From contig JAFZPY010000126.1 in NCBI GenBank assembly GCA_017552475.1, positions 126-64,125 on the forward strand: a stretch of 64,000 nt of DNA. The letters are read 5' to 3'. Positions within the stretch are counted from its first letter, which is position 1, and every line of letters starts with the position of its first letter. Below, piece by piece: positions 57,810 through 64,000 of this stretch. The stretch is from Bacteroidales bacterium (lineage in GTDB: Bacteria; Bacteroidota; Bacteroidia; Bacteroidales; UBA932). The notes below the pieces were generated by a model. It was not told the origin of the DNA. It made no database searches and saw nothing but the letters and a program-made list of their open reading frames with translations. A program made the translations under genes and the position numbers.

Positions 57810-60320
57810 TTAAAGCGTTATGGGTTCAAAGATAATGCTTTTTTCGGACACAGCCTCATCTATCCTCCTGAACCGGTACCCGAGCTTTTCCAGTCGCCTG
57901 ATCACGTAGTCCAGCCGGTCATAGAATTTGTCCGTCCTCGCCGGATCAGTGCCGAAGTGCACCAGAAGTATATGGCCGTTCAGCGACGACCTCGATTCAT
58001 ATTCAAAAAGCCTGTCAAGAATCTCCCGCGAGCTCCTGTACGAAGCCATGTCCGGCATAGTATAATCAGCATTAGTCCCCGTCCCGGAGGTGAAATTCAC
58101 CACCTGCAGCCCCATTGAACGCGCCCAGGAGGCTACCTCGGCATTGTAATACTCATACGGCGGGATGAAATATGGTGCCGCCGTCCTGACAATCCCATGC
58201 GATGCCATCTTCCGATACGCCCTCAGCATATCCTCCGTAAACTCCTCCCTCGACACCAGCAGTGAATCCCTGTTCTCCCACGGCATATACAGCAGATGCC
58301 CGTCACTGTGCGTCCCGACATAATGCCCGTCCGCCACAAGTGCATCAACCACCCCCGGATACATATCATAAAACCGCCCGGTAAAGAAAAACGACGCCTT
58401 CACGCCCCTCTTCCGCAGCGTCCTGATAATAGTTTCCGCCCCGTCAGCATACGTATCCGCCGTAAAGACAAGCGAAATCTCTTTCTTCGAAGGGTCGGTG
58501 CGCACAATGCCACCGTCAACATACACATTCCGGTCCGCTCCCCCATGCCCCTCCATCTGATAAAACGACAACGGAAATGTCAACGACGCGGTCCCGTCCA
58601 TCGTCGGCTCGTTGGTGGAATAATCATGAACACTGTCATGATACACCATGAAACCAGGCTGGAACTCCATATAATTCACACCTCCCTCCATATTCACCCC
58701 GCTGAGCGAATTGAATATCGACGAATACACAGGCCCGTCAACAAGACCGCCGGTCGTAGTCCCCACGCCCTGCACAATCATGAATGAATGCGGCTGAGTC
58801 GGATACACACCACCCCGCGGCAGTTCCACCACCATGCTCACGCCCCACGGGTTGCAACCGAACAGCCAGTCCCGCAGCGCCCCCTCCATCTCCTCGAAAC
58901 GCCTGTCACCCGTCATGGAACGGTACAATATGCACTGCGTCAACATCGCCACGGTCAGATTATTGGAGCACCAGACAGGCGGTATGCCATACAAAAACGG
59001 CGACTCCGACGCCCTCGCATAGACCTTCTCAATCCCGGACCGCAAATTCTCCACGAACTCCTCATTTCCGGTCTCCGCCAGCCTCACATGTCCCATATTC
59101 ATAAATGGATACCACTGATAATGCCGCGCAGTATCAGCTCCCATCCACGGCGTCACAGGCTCGCTCCTGCCATATTGCACAGCCATATCCAGATACTTCC
59201 CGTCCCCCGTGCTGCGGTAAAGCTCCGCGGCAGCCAGTTCCATGTCATCCTCCCAGTTTCCTTCCTCATAAATGTACGGGCTCACGACGGACGCCGTCTG
59301 ACACACTCCCGGCTTCTCCAGACCTGCCCGGAATGCATCATCCGCCTTGGTCCGTATCTTAGCCGCAAACTCAGGATAATAAGGTGCCAATATCTCAGCG
59401 CCGAGCGCAAACGCCGACGCAAACTTTCCCGTCGTGCTCGCAACACCCGTCGTTGCATTCACGCCCCCTCTCCTGCGATGCCTGACCTGCGGCTCTCCGG
59501 AGCAATAATACACTGGCCGCCCGTTATTCGCCCCCCAGCCATAATCCGCCGGATCGTCCGCCGGCAGCCTCATCCCCACATGGTCACGGTCATCCGCAAT
59601 CTGATTGTAAAACTCACCCGGCTCCGGATTCATCCGGTCCAGCCAGTCCAGTCCCCAATAAATTTCATTGACAATATCGGGAATACCGTCACTCCCCGGC
59701 GTGCCGTCAGCCTTGTGCGTATCTCCAAATGCCTCCGGATGCCGCTGATATGCAAACAGCATCTGGTAGATGGCATTCGCCGAAGTCGTGGTGTACTGCA
59801 TGCAGTCAGACGCATCATGCCACCCTCCGGTCACATCAATACGATGTCCCTCTTTCTCCGGATGATAAGTAATATAACCATCCTTGACATGGCAACTGTC
59901 CCGAAGCACCGGATTCCAGCCGCAACGCTGCTGCCTCATATAATTCAGCACGAAATCCGCAGTCCCGTCATACACGCCTCCGTCCACCGGAAATATCGAA
60001 GACCTCGTCCCGCCAGCCTCCAGATAATACACTCCCGGAGCATGCACAGAGCTGAAATCAAGCCTGAATGTGGCCGCCATACCGCCAAGCGGGCCCGTGG
60101 AACGGGCACCAAGCACAGTCACCACGGAGTCAGTGTAAGCGTCCACCACACGGAACGCTGGCACATCCACGGCAGTGTCGCTCATCAGTACGGCGACTTT
60201 GGTAGAGGACGGCAGATAGCCGAGTTGGTTGATGCGTATCCAGCCTTTGCCGCCAGAGGGCACGCAGAACAGCCCCCATACTATCGCGGCAGCGGCAAGT
60301 ATGCGGTAAAAACTTTTCAT
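57810..60320 (-). CDS. GH9 (with CelD-type Ig domain) + polysaccharide deacetylase (CE4/NodB) fusion
   Basis: IRINQLGY, GGWHDASD, DYSTNEPTMDGTA; C-terminal SLVFTAD, HSDGH, PPYE, LLVH. Confidence 0.9.
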   Translation of the reverse strand: MKSFYRILAAAAIVWGLFCVPSGGKGWIRINQLGYLPSSTKVAVLMSDTAVDVPAFRVVDAYTDSVVTVLGARSTGPLGGMAATFRLDFSSVHAPGVYYLEAGGTRSSIFPVDGGVYDGTADFVLNYMRQQRCGWNPVLRDSCHVKDGYITYHPEKEGHRIDVTGGWHDASDCMQYTTTSANAIYQMLFAYQRHPEAFGDTHKADGTPGSDGIPDIVNEIYWGLDWLDRMNPEPGEFYNQIADDRDHVGMRLPADDPADYGWGANNGRPVYYCSGEPQVRHRRRGGVNATTGVASTTGKFASAFALGAEILAPYYPEFAAKIRTKADDAFRAGLEKPGVCQTASVVSPYIYEEGNWEDDMELAAAELYRSTGDGKYLDMAVQYGRSEPVTPWMGADTARHYQWYPFMNMGHVRLAETGNEEFVENLRSGIEKVYARASESPFLYGIPPVWCSNNLTVAMLTQCILYRSMTGDRRFEEMEGALRDWLFGCNPWGVSMVVELPRGGVYPTQPHSFMIVQGVGTTTGGLVDGPVYSSIFNSLSGVNMEGGVNYMEFQPGFMVYHDSVHDYSTNEPTMDGTASLTFPLSFYQMEGHGGADRNVYVDGGIVRTDPSKKEISLVFTADTYADGAETIIRTLRKRGVKASFFFTGRFYDMYPGVVDALVADGHYVGTHSDGHLLYMPWENRDSLLVSREEFTEDMLRAYRKMASHGIVRTAAPYFIPPYEYYNAEVASWARSMGLQVVNFTSGTGTNADYTMPDMASYRSSREILDRLFEYESRSSLNGHILLVHFGTDPARTDKFYDRLDYVIRRLEKLGYRFRRIDEAVSEKSIIFEPITL

Positions 60321-60330
60321 GTCAAAAAAA

Positions 60331-60660
60331 CTATTTCAATCCTTTTTCTTTGCGGCGGGAGGCGTAATAGTCAGCGTGAGCGGGATTTTCAGGGAACCAG
60401 CGCTTCAGAACGCGGTTTTCTTGTTCAAAGACTTCATGAATGCCCCAAAATGAGGAAAACGCTGTCACGGCAGCTATGATTGAGAGTATGACATTGGTCA
60501 GCATGACTGACACAACCGACAGGACCAGGCCCGCAACGAGGAACCACACCCAGCATTTGCGGGTCCAGCGGTACTCGGACTTGATGACGATCGGATGGAA
60601 TACACCTATTATCAGGAAAGTGGCTGCGCCTATCAGGAGTCCGTAGAGATGTTGTACCAT
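60331..60660 (-). CDS. DUF4491-like membrane protein
   Basis: IIGVFHPIVIKSEY...FWGIHEVFEQENRVLKRWFPENP. Confidence 0.85.
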   Translation of the reverse strand: MVQHLYGLLIGAATFLIIGVFHPIVIKSEYRWTRKCWVWFLVAGLVLSVVSVMLTNVILSIIAAVTAFSSFWGIHEVFEQENRVLKRWFPENPAHADYYASRRKEKGLK

Positions 60661-60665
60661 ATAAT

Positions 60666-61268
60666 TTATTCGATGGAGTTAATGTCTATTAAATTGTTGA
60701 GCAGTGCATACACCGTGAGGCCGGCTACAGTCTTGATGCCGGTCTTGCGGGTGATATTCTTGCGGTGCGTTATGACAGTGTAGATGGAGATATTGTACTG
60801 GTCTGCTATCTCCTTGTTGAGCATACCTTTAGCCACGCTCACAAGAATCTCTTTCTCGCGTGACGAGAGCTCTTCTCCCTCAGCCCTGGGTGAATCCTGC
60901 TGTGACTCGACGGCGCTGCGAAGCTTCCTGACTACCGTGGTGGGAGCATCGTATATCCCTATCACCGCATCATACGGGCGGAGAGTCTCTTCATCCATGA
61001 GGGATGTCTCGATGGCCACCGCAGGGGCATCCGTGAAGTCCGCCAGTACGCTGCGCCCGTTGGCACGTGACTCATAGTCGAACACAATGGGGTCAATCAC
61101 GACAACGTCAGCCTCGATGTTGCGCAGGCGGTTGGCGCTTCCCCGGGACAGGTCCGAAAGAATGCCGATGACTTTGAACTCACCCACCTCGCCGAGGATC
61201 TGCTCGATACCACGGGCGACCATCAGTGAGGGAATTATCAGCAATACATTTTTCTTCTCCGTCATCAT
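60666..61268 (-). CDS. LuxR-family HTH regulator with degenerate receiver domain
   Basis: LSSREKEILVSVAKGMLNKEIAD...TVITHRKNITRK. Confidence 0.92.
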   Translation of the reverse strand: MMTEKKNVLLIIPSLMVARGIEQILGEVGEFKVIGILSDLSRGSANRLRNIEADVVVIDPIVFDYESRANGRSVLADFTDAPAVAIETSLMDEETLRPYDAVIGIYDAPTTVVRKLRSAVESQQDSPRAEGEELSSREKEILVSVAKGMLNKEIADQYNISIYTVITHRKNITRKTGIKTVAGLTVYALLNNLIDINSIE

Positions 61269-61981
61269 CGCTTCTCAAGTTTGTTCACAAGCGGCATGAG
61301 GATGGAGTCTTCGATGAGGGTATGGCGTTCAAGGTCACGGGCGAGCCTGTAGATACCGTTGAGCACCTTGATGATGGCTTTGGAATCGCATTCACGGGGA
61401 AGATATTTGAGCACAATATTTTTCAGGTCCTCCACCTTCTCCTCTATGTTGGTGTGGTCGTCACCCACCTCTTCCGGTGTGGCCGAGGGGGCATCCGCAT
61501 GCTCATAAAGAGCCTTGACATAGGGGAATACCACATTTTCCTCGTACTCGAAGTGCTTGGAAAGCTCTTCCTTGTACTGCGAGAAGAACCGCCAGATAAT
61601 CCTCTGGTGCTTCTCGTCGCACGGAGCGAGCATCAGTTCGATGTCGTCGGCGATATCCACCAGCGCGGAATGCAGGTAGAACTCATGCGAGAGATGCAGG
61701 TATCGTATAATATGCATCACATTCACGCTGTCCAGAGTCTCGCCCGACGGCACATAGTCGTGGAACGTATATATGCCGCATACTAGGAAAAATGTCGCTA
61801 CATCGACGTCATTGCGCTCACAAACCTCGCTCACGGAAGCTTCTCCGAGAGTCAGGTCGATGTTGAGACGATCCAGTACAGTGAGTAAATGATAATTGAG
61901 GTCCACGAGATCCGCCATCTTCATCTTCGGAGAGAAAACGGCGCGGGACACTTCACCAGATAGGTTTTTCTTTGCTGTCAT
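61265..61981 (-). CDS. Hemerythrin-domain (RIC/YtfE-like) protein
   Basis: HEFY, HFEYEE, HTNIEE and HTLIED di-iron motifs; N-terminal SEVC segment. Confidence 0.85.
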   Translation of the reverse strand: MTAKKNLSGEVSRAVFSPKMKMADLVDLNYHLLTVLDRLNIDLTLGEASVSEVCERNDVDVATFFLVCGIYTFHDYVPSGETLDSVNVMHIIRYLHLSHEFYLHSALVDIADDIELMLAPCDEKHQRIIWRFFSQYKEELSKHFEYEENVVFPYVKALYEHADAPSATPEEVGDDHTNIEEKVEDLKNIVLKYLPRECDSKAIIKVLNGIYRLARDLERHTLIEDSILMPLVNKLEKR

Positions 61982-62035
61982 AATGGATGTAAAGATAACT
62001 CATTTGCTCCTAAAAGCAAAAAATAGAAGCTGTTC

Positions 62036-64000
62036 TTACGCATAACTGTGCATCCCGCCGAGGACCATGTTCACACCGAAATATGTTACCAGCACGCTTA
62101 AAAAAGCGACTATACACAGCACATGAAACAGCACCGGCCGTCCGGACACCCCATACTTCAATACGCCGGCATACACAAGAAGCGTCACAAGCGCCCACGT
62201 CTCCTTCGGGTCCCAGGCCCAATAACTGCCCCAGGAAATATTCGCCCACACGGAGCCCAGAATGGTCCCGAATGCAAGCAGGAACACGGCGGGATACAAC
62301 ACCACCAGCGACACATCGCGAAGCCTTTCCATGGCGGGCCGTGCCAGAAGCCCCATCACCCCGTTCAGCGCAACAAGAGCGAAAAGCGTATAAGACAACA
62401 TCATGGAGAGCACATGCACCGACAACAGCGGTGAATGCAGCACCGGCATGATATGGGTAATCTGCGGATTCGCCGAAGCGAGCGATGCCACCAGCATCGT
62501 AAAACCGGCCAGCACAAAGCCCAGAGGCAGCACCAGGACAAACCGCCTGCGCAGCAGAATCATCGCCAGCGCCGCCAGCCATGCCATCACAAGCATCACG
62601 CTGTAACTTCCGGCAAACGGTGCATGCCCCGACACGTACCACCTGAGTCCCAGCACCAAGGTCAAATACGCAAGCAGTGCGACAGCCAGTCCCGTCATGA
62701 GTCTATCCAGCCATAAAGGGAAACGCCTCCCCCTCGCCATCAGAAAAGCACTCATTACAAACACCAGCAGCCCCAACGAAATCGCCGCCATAAACGGCAC
62801 CATCGGCCTGGAAATGCGGTTATACAATCTCTCAGCCGCTACATGCCCGTCCGAAGGCAACACCGCCCCGGCAGTCTTCACCTGATACTCCCTTATCTTC
62901 CCGAGCAGAGCCGAGACTCCGTCCCAATCCTCCCTTTTCACCCCGTCATGCACCACATCAAGCACCCTCCTCACAAACACCCACTTATCATAATCCAGCC
63001 CCTCCGGCAACGGATCATCACACCCGAACCACCTTATCTCACCCTCCACTTCCAGCGGAAAAATCTTGAAAGCCCTGCCCGAAGCCGCCTGCATCAGCAC
63101 CTGCTCCTTCTCACTCTCCTTTGAAGTCCCTCTCTCTGAAGCCTTCAGCTTAAAAGGCACCACCTTCCACCAATCATAAAAGAACAACCACCCGCTCACC
63201 ACCTGGTCCGACGGAAACCCGCGCCAATGCGCTTTCCCATAGGCTTTAAGGCAATAATCCCTCGTAAGTGTCTCCATCGGCACAATGCGGTCATTATAAT
63301 ACACATACAGTTCTCCAAACCTCGCCGCGACGCTGTCGGGAAGCACCTTCGGCAATTCCCCGGAAGCCTTCGACGGGACCGTAAATAGCAATGCCAGCAC
63401 AAATGCAGTCCCGACCCGCTTCAACGTCTCCCCGAACCTGCTTCCCTTCCCGAAAAAATGCCACGCAAGCGACAACAGCACAGCCAGATAACCAGCATAC
63501 GTGACGCCCACACCCCACGGATCATGACTCACCGTCAGGAACGTTCCCGCCATATCTTCATCATACCCCGACTGATAGAGCCGGAATCCGCTGCTTTTCA
63601 ATATCTTATTCATTGAAACAACACTTTCTTCCCCATCCACGGCCACGGTACTGCGATAATCCGACTCCGCCATCGACCCTGCATACCTTTCCACCTCAAA
63701 ATCCTTCAGTTCAAGCACAAACGGGAACATCACTTCCCTGCCGTCATCCCTCGTCCACACATTCACGCTCTCCCCCTTCCTCAGATGCACCACACCGGTC
63801 TCTCCAAAGAAAAATGTCACGAGCGCGCCGCACAATATCAATGCAAAAGAGCAATGCAACATCTTCTCCGACAGCCGTCTCCCTTCCAAAATCACCGAAG
63901 CCAGACCGGACAACACCGCCAGCACCCACAAAAGCACAAACCACCACGAATGATATACCATCTTAAAAGCCGCCGCGGTGCCGGAACTCTTCCCGACCAC
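62036..64000 (-). CDS. ccsA: Cytochrome c biogenesis system II ResB/CcsB-CcsA fusion, 5' end beyond window
   Basis: MLHCSFALILCGA (ResB), WGSYWAWDPKETW (WWD domain), GMHSYA. Confidence 0.92.
   Translation of the reverse strand: MVGKSSGTAAAFKMVYHSWWFVLLWVLAVLSGLASVILEGRRLSEKMLHCSFALILCGALVTFFFGETGVVHLRKGESVNVWTRDDGREVMFPFVLELKDFEVERYAGSMAESDYRSTVAVDGEESVVSMNKILKSSGFRLYQSGYDEDMAGTFLTVSHDPWGVGVTYAGYLAVLLSLAWHFFGKGSRFGETLKRVGTAFVLALLFTVPSKASGELPKVLPDSVAARFGELYVYYNDRIVPMETLTRDYCLKAYGKAHWRGFPSDQVVSGWLFFYDWWKVVPFKLKASERGTSKESEKEQVLMQAASGRAFKIFPLEVEGEIRWFGCDDPLPEGLDYDKWVFVRRVLDVVHDGVKREDWDGVSALLGKIREYQVKTAGAVLPSDGHVAAERLYNRISRPMVPFMAAISLGLLVFVMSAFLMARGRRFPLWLDRLMTGLAVALLAYLTLVLGLRWYVSGHAPFAGSYSVMLVMAWLAALAMILLRRRFVLVLPLGFVLAGFTMLVASLASANPQITHIMPVLHSPLLSVHVLSMMLSYTLFALVALNGVMGLLARPAMERLRDVSLVVLYPAVFLLAFGTILGSVWANISWGSYWAWDPKETWALVTLLVYAGVLKYGVSGRPVLFHVLCIVAFLSVLVTYFGVNMVLGGMHSYA

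Noticed and set aside
58788-60479. 563-aa plus-strand ORF
   Set aside because: Antisense shadow of the GH9-CE4 gene caused by skewed codon usage; Arg/His/Ile-rich with no domain.

Overview
64-kb chromosomal window from an anaerobic Bacteroidales (Bacteroidota) bacterium, judged from the SusC/SusD pairs and TAnnTTTG promoters. No integrase, transposase, reverse transcriptase or CRISPR array was recognised. From left to right it holds: rpsO-pnp; a peptidoglycan-peptide recycling operon (NlpC/P60, Ala-Glu epimerase, transglutaminase-like protein); mscL; a GH43; a fimbrillin/Ig-repeat lipoprotein with an out-of-frame, DGR-target-like C-terminal domain; and a rearranged region where two divergent tRNA-Ser genes flank an LD-carboxypeptidase, each tRNA followed by a ~180-bp covarying, multi-hairpin REP-doublet-like element. 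Next come a HipBA-type toxin-antitoxin pair and a ~28-kb minus-strand AraC-linked polysaccharide utilisation locus (PUL). This PUL combines a tandem GH92-GH92, an unassigned glycyl-radical enzyme (GCNW Cys loop) with its activase, a cupin, a RhaT-GH92(PA14)-GH28 triple fusion, SusC/D, a GH78 and a complete glucuronate pathway. The right end has a candidate sRNA, an ECF-sigma/FecR PUL whose enzymes are phosphodiester glycosidases and a phosphatase, a GH9-CE4 fusion, and ccsBA/hemerythrin/LuxR genes. The best candidates for an undescribed system are the glycyl-radical PUL with its transporter-CAZyme fusion and the tRNA-associated structured DNA repeat.
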